NCBI GenBank assembly: GCA_951406725.2
Contig: OX597818.1
Span: 97,092,001 to 97,156,000, forward strand
Reading direction: 5' to 3'
Source: Octopus vulgaris
Lineage: Eukaryota
Length of the DNA stretch: 64,000 nucleotides
Shown here: positions 50,801 to 60,796 of the stretch, in pieces
How the letters are laid out: every line of letters begins with the position of its first letter
Numbering within the stretch: the first letter of the stretch is position 1
Notes under the pieces: generated by a model
Database searches by the model: none
What the model was told of the DNA's origin: nothing
What the model saw: only the letters and a program-made list of their open reading frames with translations
Translations under genes and position numbers: made by a program

Positions 50801-51153
50801 TTTAAGCACCCTATAATTCTTTTGGTTGCTGGTAGGGATTCAAGGGAGAATATACAGGGACAATTATCATTTATCTTCTCCAGACTTCTGGAAGATTTGC
50901 CACTCAGTAATTCAAGTAGTTTCTGCATTAGAAGACATTATTTTTCTTGGAATTGAATATTTTTCTCTGTAATTTAATTTTTGTTTTCAATTATTTATTA
51001 CAGATGGATTTTGGTCCTCCAAAGACAGCCACTGATAGATATCCATTCGAGGACCTTGTAATCCGACAACCACTCAGCATTGCAGATTTACGTCGTTACT
51101 TGCGATCGGCAGTGGTATGGGCTCGTCATCACTCATCTCCAGCACGTAGCTGA
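21826..51153 (+). CDS. Multi-exon gene (13 confident exons, 625 aa, 5'-incomplete): degenerate START-like domain + Ser-rich linker + STARD9-like START domain
   Basis: Exons 21826-21876, 27644-27784, 28921-29189, 29807-29901, 31804-32400, 33328-33389, 37691-37758, 44641-44709, 44934-45030, 46264-46306, 47693-47850, 49286-49363 and 51004-51153 all have pyrimidine-tract AG acceptors and (except the last) GT donors, with matching phases. They total 1878 nt with no internal stop. The C-terminal part GRWVFCGLDDEIVILRK..SYMGKGIVQVPPKVVWDTVRNP..FILSMQSVD..IKPSGWIIEP..VTYIMQMDFG..IRQPLSIADLRRYL follows the START_STARD9-like pattern. Confidence 0.88.
22600..23715. mobile_element. Old RTE LINE fragments (22600-22900 on -, 23040-23715 on +)
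   Basis: Minus strand VKVGVHQGSVLSPLL..DDLV-like remnant; plus strand GRGRLRKT and the family 3' UTR. Confidence 0.75.
23715..24583 (-). mobile_element. Decayed Tc1/mariner-superfamily (maT/DD37D-like) transposon, 3'-truncated
   Basis: Minus-strand remnants EIANFLNAARSFV (HTH) and TQEWMSDNL...WPSNS (start of the WPxxSPDLNP motif); broken by an RTE tail at about 23714. Confidence 0.75.
24592..27606 (+). mobile_element. Helitron (internally deleted) with Rep and PIF1-helicase remnants
   Basis: 5' a|TCttaatatataaaa; 3' hairpin cccaggcaacgctggg then CTAG|t; remnants LLYIRNNKEKLRAKNY..IILPSFTGGPRY, LLAGDFHQMLPVV, GMPLHNLTLKLG, HILQATIITG..GENVFIPNIPLIPSDIPFEFK. Confidence 0.93.
27644..27784 (+). 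CDS. START gene exon (PLPVDTLQGWTLYSFDNGTRIWW...GGVAVSSM), phase 0-0
   Basis: tttttcttttaag|CCT...ATG|gtaagt; GW..NG.RIW resembles a START domain N-terminus. Confidence 0.88.
28921..29189 (+). CDS. START gene exon (TVFQVLKDISHTWSWKPGV...VTLQR), phase 0-2
   Basis: tgtatttacag|ACT...AG|gtgagt. Confidence 0.9.
29807..29901 (+). CDS. START gene exon (YWDCDNSGGGWLLES...IFQPLK), phase 2-1
   Basis: ttttttccctag|A...G|gtaaac. Confidence 0.88.
31804..32400 (+). CDS. START gene large exon (DTFQCLITILV...Ser-rich linker...TNSPK), phase 1-1
   Basis: ttctttgtttcag|AT...G|gtatgt; matches the 200-aa ORF 31818-32420. Confidence 0.92.
32461..32783 (-). mobile_element. RTE 3'-end fragment (similar copies at 1-185, 5700-5800, 10705-10870, 20570-20750, 60660-61182)
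   Basis: Conserved tttctacagctggatgcccttcctaacgccaaccactccgtgagtgtagtgggtgctttttacgtgcc and catcatttaacgtccgctttccatgc tail. Confidence 0.88.
33328..33389 (+). CDS. START gene exon (DHRFVFYQTVANEAAATLLKE), phase 1-0
   Basis: ttttcccttgttctag|AT...GAG|gtaagt. Confidence 0.9.
34140..36185 (+). mobile_element. RTE-clade LINE, 5'-truncated and decayed, with RT and 3' UTR
   Basis: STTDAIFLVRQLQEKY..LYLAFVDFEKAFD, LLYTDDLVLIAES, MLHGSETWAVT, RGRPGKTW; ends taaatgatgatg. Confidence 0.93.
37691..37758 (+). CDS. START gene exon (LTLSSNIDLQSQTENNNLTGRWV), phase 0-2
   Basis: ctctttctctttacag|CTA...GT|gtaagt. Confidence 0.9.
37905..38285 (-). mobile_element. tRNA-derived SINE family A, full length
   Basis: Head ggctgtgtggtaag..ggttc..cccactgc..gcaccttgggcaagtgtcttctactatagcc, internal microsatellite, tail ..gctccagcatggccacagtcaa..tgactgaaa. 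Confidence 0.88.
38610..38960 (+). mobile_element. SINE family A
   Basis: Same family, inverted relative to the 37905 copy. Confidence 0.85.
39190..39846. mobile_element. hAT/Charlie (MER5-like) MITE
   Basis: Left end caatgctactcagtggtggtccgcagaccggtgccggtc, right end tttgagatgtactg; 8-bp TSD cttcagag/ctttagag. Confidence 0.8.
39380..39768 (-). mobile_element. Non-autonomous Helitron nested in the hAT MITE
   Basis: On the minus strand it starts a|TCtctctatatatataaagctgaag and ends ...caagcaacactgagcgatactgCTAG|t. Confidence 0.8.
40433..41470 (-). mobile_element. Young 5'-truncated RTE LINE (ORF2 C-terminus + 3' UTR + (GAT)n tail)
   Basis: Intact 115-aa KGRLYDACVRTAMLHGSETW..RRLHWYGHVVRM..GRGRPR; CpG-rich UTR. 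Confidence 0.93.
42632..42990 (-). mobile_element. SINE family A
   Basis: Near-consensus copy. Confidence 0.88.
44641..44709 (+). CDS. START gene exon (FCGLDDEIVILRKIPEEGSSLQ), phase 2-2
   Basis: ttccttccag|G...AG|gtattg. Confidence 0.88.
44934..45030 (+). CDS. START gene exon (SYMGKGIVQVPPKVVWDTVRNPRTKFTYDESLK), phase 2-0
   Basis: ttttcacttcag|C...AAG|gtaaga. Confidence 0.92.
46264..46306 (+). CDS. START gene exon (KVDVLESFLESLKI), phase 0-1
   Basis: ttgtatttcag|AAA...G|gtaaga. Confidence 0.88.
47693..47850 (+). CDS. START gene exon (VYFYHEVVALFRKDCCDACVV...DATKAL), phase 1-0
   Basis: ttgttttgcag|TA...TTA|gttagt. Confidence 0.9.
49286..49363 (+). CDS. START gene exon (IKPSGWIIEPLVKDNRLCSMVTYIMQ), phase 0-0
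   Basis: ttctattttacag|ATT...CAG|gtaagt; PSGWIIEP is a START hallmark. Confidence 0.93.
50588..50805. mobile_element. TTAA MITE, family 2 (also about 6600-6803, 13500-13620, 21320-21470, 36880-37050, 63414-63631)
   Basis: Shared core tttctgttgaaata..tttgtttcaattaattttgaaaataatgaa..ggtgtttggaaca..catgaaattttgatgg; TTAAcc..ggtTTAA ends. Confidence 0.7.
51004..51153 (+). CDS. START gene last coding exon (MDFGPP...RQPLSIADLRRYL...ARS*)
   Basis: ttattacag|ATG...TGA. Confidence 0.92.
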   Translation: MDFGPPKTATDRYPFEDLVIRQPLSIADLRRYLRSAVVWARHHSSPARS

Positions 51154-51407
51154 ACAAATTCTGCTGGATATACAGGTTATATAAGGAAGGGTGGGTGGGT
51201 GTTACCTCCTTTGAATTGCTGATTGAACAGATTTGCACCTTCAACTGAGATTTTTTTCCTTCAAACATCATCTAGATAACTCACATGGGTAATATGGACT
51301 TACTGCTGAAGGAAAAACAAAATTTCGTCCTGAAAACAAGACATTTTGAATTATTTTTTTCTGTTCTTTATAAATTTGTTTTTATAAATATCATTTTTTA
51401 TTAATGA

Positions 51408-51413
51408 AATAAA
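51408..51413 (+). terminator. Probable polyadenylation signal of the START gene
   Basis: AATAAA about 255 nt after the stop, followed by GT/T-rich sequence. Confidence 0.6.
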
Positions 51414-52361
51414 ATTTGTGTGTATTTTTTATAATGTTGTTTTCTGAAATTCTTTATCATTCATTTTTGCCTTCGTTGCCAGTTTTCAAATATCATACAA
51501 AACAGTGCCACCTCTTTACATCTTTTTCTAAACTTATTGAGGTTTACTTTAGTTTTTACTGTTTTTGAGTTGATGAAATAAGTACCAGTTGTGCTGGATT
51601 TAACTAAGTTAATTTTTTGACATCCTGTGATAGTTATAAAATGATTGTCATTGTCAAATATGCAGTATCATTTTCAATATTTTATGAAAAACATGTCTGC
51701 TCATGAAGAAATATTACCTTAGTTGGAAATAGGTGAAGGTTGGCAGCAGAAAGGGCATCTGGTTGTAAAAAAAAAATTTGCCTCCACTAATTCTCTTTGG
51801 CTCATGCAAGCATGGAAAAGTGGGCAGATTGGACTTGAACCCATGTAATTCTGAAGTGAACTTCTTTACCTATGCAATCATATTTGTACTTATGTTGTAC
51901 ATTGATTTTTTTAAATTTTTATTGTAGCTTTGCATATTGAACTTTTGAAGATTGTTTTTAATCTGAAACAAAAATGACAAACCTATAAAGCCAGGAGATT
52001 ATATACAGGGGTGCAAGTATAGCTGTATGATTAAGACGTTTGCTTGCAACCATGTGGTTCTGAGTTCAGTCCTACTGCATGGCAACTTGGACTAGTGCTT
52101 TCTGCTATAACCCCAAGCTGACCAAAGTTTTGTGAGTGAGTTAGGTTGATGAACTCAAAGAAGCCTGTTGCATATGTATCTATATGTGCATGTGTGGTTT
52201 CTTATCCATACAAGAATAGGAAAGAAAGTGGATATTGATATGATCACATAGCATTTATGAAGGTTTGAAATAACTACTTGACAGCTGAGTTGTGCTAATT
52301 ATCAATTTAGTAAAGAGTTTGTGTTAAACAGTTTGCTCTTAACTTTTCTTGGATACTAGAT

Positions 52362-53326
52362 ACTCTTTTACTTGTTTCAGTCATTTGACTATGGCCATGC
52401 TGGAGCACCAACTTTAGTCAAGCAAATTGACCTCAAGACTTATTCTTTGTAAGCCTAGTACTTATTCTATTGGTCTCTTTTGCTGAACTGCTAAGTTACG
52501 TGGACGTAAACACACCAGCATCGGTTGTCAAGCGATGTTGGGGGAGACAAACACACACACGCACATATACGACAGGCTTCTTTCAGTGTCTGTCTACCAA
52601 ATTCACTCACAAGGCTTTGATCGGCCGGAGGCTATAGTAGAAGACACTTGCCCAAGGTGACACACGGTGGGACTGAACCTGGAACCATGTGGTTGGTAAA
52701 CAAGCCACTTGTTGAAATTGAGCTTTGAACCAAGGTTACAGCTCTTTTATTTACTTATTTTTTTTTTCCAGTACAGTAATGTAAAAGGTTGGTTGTGCTA
52801 ATCCAAACACATCTAATCTTTTAAGCTTGCTAATCCTACATAAGACAGGTGATTTTAAATTCACATTTCTGTTGCAGTGCTTAAATCCTTCCATCTGTTT
52901 CTCCAGGTACTGAGTGTGATAATATATACATATATATTCTTGAAGCTGTGGAATCAACCTAGACTTTTACACAAGTATCCATATAATTCACTGCTGATCT
53001 TCAATATTTTGGTGCTGAAGAATAAGACCACTGATACTGTTTTTCTAAGTGTCTCATTATATCATAAGAAGAAAAATTAAGCTTTGGCACCAAATTTTCA
53101 TTTGAAGTCTCTTTCACTTGTTTGTCATTTGACTGCGGCCATGCTGGAGCACCGCCTCTATTCGAGCAAATCGACCCCAGGTCTTATTCTTTGTAAGCCT
53201 AATACTTACTCTATCGGTCTCTTTTGCCGAACCGCTAAGTTACGAGGACGTAAACACACCAGCATCGGTTGTCAAGTGATGTTGGGGGGGGGGACAAATA
53301 CACACATACATGTATGTATATATATG

Positions 53327-53367
<41 letters not shown>

Positions 53368-53522
53368 GGCTTTCAGTTTCCGTCTATCAAATCCATTTAC
53401 AAGGCTTTGGTTGGCCTGAGGCTATAGTAGAAGACACTTTCCAAAGGTGTCACGCAGTGGTACTGAACCCGGAACCATGTGGTTGGTAAGCAAGCTACTT
53501 ACCACACAGCCACTCCTACGCC
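52362..53522 (-). mobile_element. Two SINE family A copies (52362-52710, 53108-53522)
   Basis: Near-consensus copies. Confidence 0.88.
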
Positions 53523-53544
53523 TCTGTTCCTCTTATATTATTTT

Positions 53545-55685
53545 TAATTTTGGCACAAGGCCAGCAATTTTGATAGAAGGATGTCTATCACATTGATGCT
53601 GGTACTTATTTTATCAACCCCTGAAAGGATAAAAGCGAAGTTGGCCTCAAAATTTCAACTCAGAATGTAAAGAACTGGAAGATATGCTGCCGAGTTATTT
53701 TGTTCAATGCTCTAACAATTCTACCAGCTTGTCACCTTCAATTCCTCTTGTGTTGGTTTCAAATTTTGGTAGAAGGCCAGCAATTTCGGGGGATGAGGTT
53801 AGTCAATAACTTCAAGCCCTGTGTCCAATTGGTACTTATTTCATTGCTCCCAGAAGGAGGAAAAGCAAAGTCAGCCTCTCTAGAATTTGAACTCAGAACA
53901 TGACAGACAAAATGCCACCAAGCATATTTTTTTATTAAAAGCATAAACAGCTCCATAATTTTCCTCTTTGAATTTATCTTGTACTGAATTAAGAAATTAG
54001 TTACCATTTAGCTGATGCTGGTGCCATGTAAAAGGCACCCAGTACACTCCTAATACACCTGTAGTAGAAAGGATTATTATCATCATGGCAGACTCATTAG
54101 TGTGTTGGAAGAAATGTTGCTCAGTAGTTCTTCCAGCTTTTCACCTGCTGAGGTCAACTATATCCTACATCCTTTCAGGAGTCATAAAATAAAGGACCAG
54201 TTAAGCACTGGGACTGATGTAATTGATTTAATAATAAAAATAAATGCACACTTTTAAAGCCTAGCCAGGTTCATGGGCCCGGTTTCAATGATGTGTGTGT
54301 TCCCCAGCTGGACAGGATGCCAGTCCATTGCAGCGTTACTCATTTTTGCCAGCTGAGTGGACTGGAGCAACGTGAAATGAAGTGTTTTGCTCAAGAACAC
54401 AATGCGTTACCTGGTCCAGGAATCGAAATCACAATCTTACGATCATGATGCTGACACCCTAACCACTAAGCCATGTGCCTCCACTGTAATTGATTTACCC
54501 TCACAAATTTCCTAATGTGTGAAAGTTGGAAAGTATTATTATTATTATTATTAAAGCGGTGAGCTGGCAGAATTGTAAGCGCACTGAGCAAAATGCTTAG
54601 CAGTATTTTGTCCATCACTGCATTCTGAGTTCAAATTCTGCTGGGGTCAACTTTGTCTTTCATTCTTTTGGGGTTGATAAAATAAGTAACAATTATGCAC
54701 TAGGGTCAATGCAATCAACTTAATCCCTTCTCCCAAATTTGAGGCCTTGTGCTTCCAGTAGAAAGGATTATTATCCTTGAGGCAGCAAGCTGGCAGAATC
54801 ATTAGCATGCTAGTCAAAATGCTTAGCAGCATTATGTCTGTCTTAAAGCTCTGAGTTCAAATTCCACTGAGGTCGACATTGCCCTTCATCCTTTTAGGGT
54901 TGATAAAATAAGTACCAGGTGGACATTGGAGTCAATGTAATTGGCTTACCACCCACCACTGAAATTACTGGTCTTGTGCCTAAATCTGAAACTATAATTA
55001 TAATTATTGAAACATCGAGCTGTCAGAATTATTACAACATCAGACAAAATGCTTAGCATTTCTTTTGGCGCTACATTCTGAGTTCAAATACTGTCAAGGT
55101 CAACTTTACTTTTCATCATTTCTGGGTTGATATTGTTTGTTCCTTCTCGAGTCATGCCTGGCTCATAAGGGTTAGTTTCCTGGTTTCCTTGTCATATAGG
55201 TTCTCCACCTGGATGGGATGCTGGTCCGTCACAGGTGAGCTGCAAGATGCAGAAGGAAAGAGTAAGAGAAAGTTGTGGCGAAAGAGTCGGCAGAAGATCC
55301 CCAATACCTTCTGCCAGAGCTGCATGGAGCTTAGGTGTTTTGCTCATAAACACACACTGCTCGGTCTGAGATTCGAACCCTCGACTGTGAGTCCACTACT
55401 CTAACCACTAGGCCATGTGCCTCCATCAGGGTTGATATAATATGTACCATTTGAGCACTGGGGTTGAAGTAATTACTCAACCTCTAAAATTCCTGACCTT
55501 GCACCAAAATTTAAAAGAATTATTACTATTATTATTATTGGTTCAAATTCTACCGTGGTCAGCTTTGCCTTTCATCCTTTTGGGGTCGATAAATTAAGTA
55601 CCAGTGGAGTATTGTGATCAATGTAATTGGCTTAATCTGTCCCCCCAAAATTTCAAGCCTATAGTAGAAAGGATTATTATTAATC
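53545..55685. mobile_element. Cluster of SINE family C copies with two other SINEs nested
   Basis: Repeated gagctggcagaat..aaaatgcttag..ctgagttcaaattc..gcctttcatccttt.ggggtcgataaaataagtaccag units separated by (ATT)n. Confidence 0.85.
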
Positions 55686-56780
55686 AGCAGAATGTGACAA
55701 AAGTGACTCAAGGGACAAGGCTTTTTTGCATGGCAATTATCAAACTAACTATAAATCTTTAAAAAGGGTTGGTTACAATTATGTCTGGAGTATTTGTTTA
55801 AAAGTCAATTTGGAGGGTCATGTGAAAAATGTATATTTTTATAGTGAAGAATGTTCCCAAATTTTAAATCAGTTTGATAAGTGCCATGCATCTAACTCTA
55901 GGCCCTTGAGTTACTTCTGTAACTTTCTACTGATTAACACACACATATGTTCATTTTTTTTGTGTACCAAACGCGTGTGTGGTGTAATATTGTCTCTTTG
56001 TGAGTGTTGATGTCCTGCAAGTTGTCTTTCATTTCTAATCTTCAAACAAATATCAATTTGCTTGGAAATGGGTGGCCATATAAAATTCAACTCGACTAAA
56101 TTCTGTCTGCCCCATGCAAGAATGGATAAATGTATGTTAAGTGATGATATATATATATATGCATGAGTTTGAATTTTTAGGTCAAGCTAATGCATAATCT
56201 TATTGATTTTTTTTTTTTCACTTTACCTGCTCAGATTTTAGGTTACCACCCGAAAATTAGATATATGAAAGAGCTTATATCCTTCTCATTCACTTTTCTT
56301 GTTGCACACACACACATGCTGCACCAAGACCAAGATTTTTAATTTACACTTGCATAATTTTTCTCATCAGTAGTAACATATAGTTTATACTATTTTGTTA
56401 TAGTTTCAATGATCTTTCTCTTAGTGTGTTGCATGTGTGAGCATGTATGTTTGTAATGATGAAGATATTGAATTGCTGGCTCCTGTGTTCAAGTCTACTT
56501 CAAATGTTTCACATTGGTCTTTGAGCCAGATATTTAGTTCTTGATATTTAGTTCCTCACCTAAGTGACAATCTTACAAGAAATACACTTGTTCTAACTAT
56601 TTGATAGTAATCTGTGAAAAGGTTAATTTTTCTTTTATCTTCAACACCAACACCAAATTTATTAAACACTTTCTGTTGTTTCTTTCTCTCTTATTTGAGT
56701 GATCTTTGCCTTAGCTTTGTAATGAAGTGTTCACAGGCTGTTTCAGTTCTTTTGGAAACTACTGCAAAAAAATCTCAATC

Positions 56781-56811
<31 letters not shown>

Positions 56812-57269
56812 GTCTCTCTCTGTCTGTCTGTTTCTGTCTCTGTCTCTGTCTGTCTCTCTCTCTCTCTCTCCCTCTCTCTCTCACCCCCCTCTCTTATTTC
56901 AGGCATGACTGTGTGATAAGAAGTTTGTTTACAATCTTCTGTGGAAGCATGTCTGGTCATTGGGGAATATTACTTTACTTGAAAACAGGTGAGTGTTGGT
57001 GACAGGAAGGGCATCTATCTCTTGTAAATCTACCTTAACAAATTCCATCTGACCCATGTGAGCATGGTAAAGAGGATCCTAAAACAATGATGCTGAATCT
57101 GGAGGAAGAGTTAGTGCCTATGGCAGGGCATCTGAGACTAATATCATTAATGAGCCATTTAAGTTGTTGCAGGCCAATGCCTGTGGAAAAGTGATAATGA
57201 GATGGAAGACGAGGGGAAGTGACATCACATCAAGAAGTGGGGTGTTCAAACAGCCTCTTTCTTAGCTGA

Positions 57270-57915
57270 GGTGTCAAGTGCAATAGATGACCTACACATT
57301 CAGTAGTAAACATTCAGCAATAGATATTTTAGAGGAGTAGTTCTTTCAGGCCAAACGTTCAGGTAGAGTACATGTGTGGGTTCAATTACTGAGTTCTGCT
57401 GGTTCTTGTGGTTTGAAGTTTGGATGTACTATTGCCTATTGCATCTCAAGATAAGAGCGACCTTATTTGTGCCTTACAAACTATATGAAAGAGATTCCTC
57501 AAAGGACTGAGCATAGTGACAAAGGTGATGGGAAGTGGAATGATGAGTTGGTCAGGAGTATCTGAGTGGAGAAGATATGAAACTTGCCAGCCTTGAGGAC
57601 AGAGGTCATTATAGTGGTGATAGAAAAGACAAAAGGAGGAGACAGCATGCCTGTAGGCCAGGGACTTAAGTGGGTCCATTCATGATGGAATACCACTAAG
57701 CCAACAAGCCTTTCTCTGGATGCAGTCTAGGATGTCTGTGTTTCTGCTGTAGCAGCACCATCCCAGATGTGGGCACAACACCTAATTGTGGGCCTCACTC
57801 GAGCTTTGTAGAGTGTCAGCAGCTGTTGGGGATTGAAATATCTTCTGGCTTTGAAGAGAAGGGCTATGTTTTTGGACTTAAACATTCAGCAGTAACTGAC
57901 AATATTGCTAATACA
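57270..57915 (-). mobile_element. CR1/Jockey-like LINE 3' fragment (related pieces at about 16660-17560 +, 30000-31100 -, 47020-47250 +)
   Basis: Shared LYKA.VR...C.HIWDG..ILDCIQR.A remnant; YADDT at about 16845 (+) and about 30755 (-). Confidence 0.7.
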
Positions 57916-58790
57916 GTTTATAACAGTGTAGTGACACCATCTTGGAAATCTCCAGCACGCATGCGTAGAGTTGGATTCTTCCGGGAGGCCTGCCGGAAGT
58001 TCCCTCATGTGCATGCACAGAAAACTAGGAACAGCAAAATTTCCCTCGCTTGGTCTCTCGAATGCTGACAGCTGAACAGTACGGACGTGTTTTAGCAGCT
58101 CTCTCAAGCTGCACCTCGTGGCATTGCTACGCTATGCTTGAACGGACAGGATTTGGCTCACTACACTTGACTACTGTGATGAGCTCCTAGGCTGCTGATT
58201 CGCCCTGAGAAAGAATGTATATATTGTGAATCCAGAAATAAAAATATTTATGTGGTTGAAGTTAATTGGAAGTCTTGACTCTTTCCTTCAATTAATATTT
58301 TGATGTAAAGGATGAGAGCTGCACCCATCCAGTGTTACAGACCTTTCATCCTGTTACAACGGTATGCTCAATTTAGCCCAGTTATCTATTCTAGTAAAAG
58401 TTAAGATTCTTTGCCATGTACACCTTGCCACATTGATGGTGATAATGTATACAAATTATTGACTATTCCAGCAAATAGGTCAGCTTTAATATTCTAGCTA
58501 ACAGCAATTCTTACCTTTTATTGCAAGATTTATTTATCTTCAATGAAATAATTTCCATTTTGGATCTAAAACTCAGCAATTTTTTTGTCTGTTTCTAGTT
58601 AGTTTCATGTTTTACATGATTTATTTGTTCTCCTCCTGTGCTGTGTGGGGACCAGCTTGCCAAAGACTAGACCCAATGTTCTTTCTGCCTGTCATAAAAA
58701 GCAGCTAAAAGAGTTTGATGTAGGATCTTCACTCTGTCTTTGTAAAACTCTTATCAACAGTGCCTACCCAAACAGACCCATGGGTTAGAG

Positions 58791-59725
58791 CAGGAGTTCT
58801 CAACTATTTTTTTTATCTATGGACCCCTTTGACTACTATTTTATTCTGGTGGACCCCCATAGCTATTCAATGTTAACTTCTTCCAAAATTCCTATTTTGT
58901 TTTTCTCATTAACTCGTGTAGGTCAGACTATGTAAAATTTAAGAGAAAGAAACTGAGCTGTCTTTTGCAATACATACCAATACATACATACATCATCTTC
59001 ATCATTTAACGTCCGCTTTCCATGCTAGCATAGGTTGGACGATTTGACTGAGGACTAGCGAACCAGATGGCTGTGCCAGGCCCCAATCTGATCTGGCAGA
59101 GTTTCTACAGCTGGATGCCCTTCCTAACAGCATCCACTCCTAGAGTGTAGTGGGTGCTTTTACGTGACACCGGCACGAAGGTCAGTCTGGTGGTACTGGC
59201 AACAGCCACGCTCAAAATGGTGTTTTTTTACATGCCACTTGCACAGGAGTCAGTCCAGTGGCACTGGCAACAACCTTGCTCAAATGTTTTGTTCACGTGC
59301 CACTGGCACAAGTGCCAGTAAGGCGACGCTGGTAATGATCACGCTTAAATGGTGCTTTTTATGTGCCACCGGCATGAAAGCCAGACAGCTGCTCTGGCAG
59401 TGATCCCACTCGGATGGAGTTGTTAGCACTCCACTGGCACGGGTGCCAATCATCGAATTTGGTTCAATTTCGATTTCACTTGCCCCAACAGGTCTTCGCA
59501 AGCAGAGTTTAGTGTCCAATGAAGGGAGGTTGGCATGGGTGCCAGTTGTCGAATTTGGTTTGATTTCGAATTCAATTTCGATTTACACTCGCCTCAACAG
59601 CAACATTTTTTCAGGGGCCCTTAAATTACTATTGTGGATCCCCAATTTACTATTTTGTTATGTGGACCCCCCAAAATCTTATATGGACCCTCAGAGGCCA
59701 TATGAATCCTGGTTGAGAACCACTG
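58791..59725. mobile_element. hAT MITE with nested RTE-type 3' fragment (about 58992-59600)
   Basis: TIRs caggagttctcaac / gttgagaaccactg; perfect 8-bp TSD ggttagag. Confidence 0.88.
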
Positions 59726-60663
59726 GGTTAGAGTGTTCTCACCTGAGTGTATGCTCATTGCTAAGGATGTGCACTGGATGGCACTTCCTCCTTCCTATTC
59801 AATGATGCACCCTCAGGTTTACAGTGATACACTTATTTCGAAACACCACTTTAGCATTATTACAAATTATTCCTCACCCAGAATCAAAGTCTGGCAATGG
59901 GCTTGCCTGAGTGGTGCAAAGGTGTCATCCACCAGGAGTAGGGAATCACCAAAATATGGTGACTGCAGTGATGACTTGTTACAACACATGCTCCCATACT
60001 ACTACTACTACTCCTACTACCACGACCACCACCACCACCACCTTCCAGCATTTATTACTCTCTCACCTCACTCTCTTTCTCCATTCATTTAAATATTCAT
60101 TTAAATATTCTCCATTCATTTAAATATTATGTTGCTCCTCAATAGAACAGTGTGAGGATGCTCAGCAAAGATTACTTATTTTTGATTCACTTTATTCTCC
60201 TTCTCATTAGCAGCAATTATTAATATTGCTAATAATCTGTTAATTACTTTCAGGAGGTTACTGTCACACTTGTACTTGTACAAAAATGTTTATTGTTTTA
60301 AATAACTTTACTCTAGTTCAAAAAAACCATCTGTACTTTCTAAACAATGTACCCACGCCTCTTACTCCACTATTAGGTTTTGGAAAGCCTGTATAATGCA
60401 TCCTTTTGGAAGTTAGCACCATGACCTCAGCTTTATTCTGAGGTTGCCTTCACAGGATTTCTATTTCCATTCATTCATTCATTCATTCATTCATTCATCC
60501 ATCCATCTGTCCATACATACAAACACATATCCATACAAGCATACAAACACATCCATGCAGACACACATACATACATGCAAGCATGCGTACATACATACAT
60601 ACATACATACATACATACATACAAACATGCATACAAACATGCATACATACGTACATACATATT

Positions 60664-60796
60664 ACCTGCTGTACTTGAGGTGACCTGGTGTGCTTGGGGC
60701 AACCTGCTGTGCTTGTGGCGACCTGCTGTGCTTGGGGTGATCTGCTGTGCTTGGGGCAACCTGCTGTGCTTGGGGCGACCTGCTGTGCTTGAGGAG
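60664..60796. repeat. 19-bp minisatellite x7 (acctgctgtgcttggggcg)
   Basis: Seven contiguous units with no spacers. Confidence 0.95.

Noticed and set aside
60664-60796. CRISPR-like look of the 19-bp array
   Set aside because: Units are contiguous with no unique spacers, there are no cas genes, and the context is eukaryotic.
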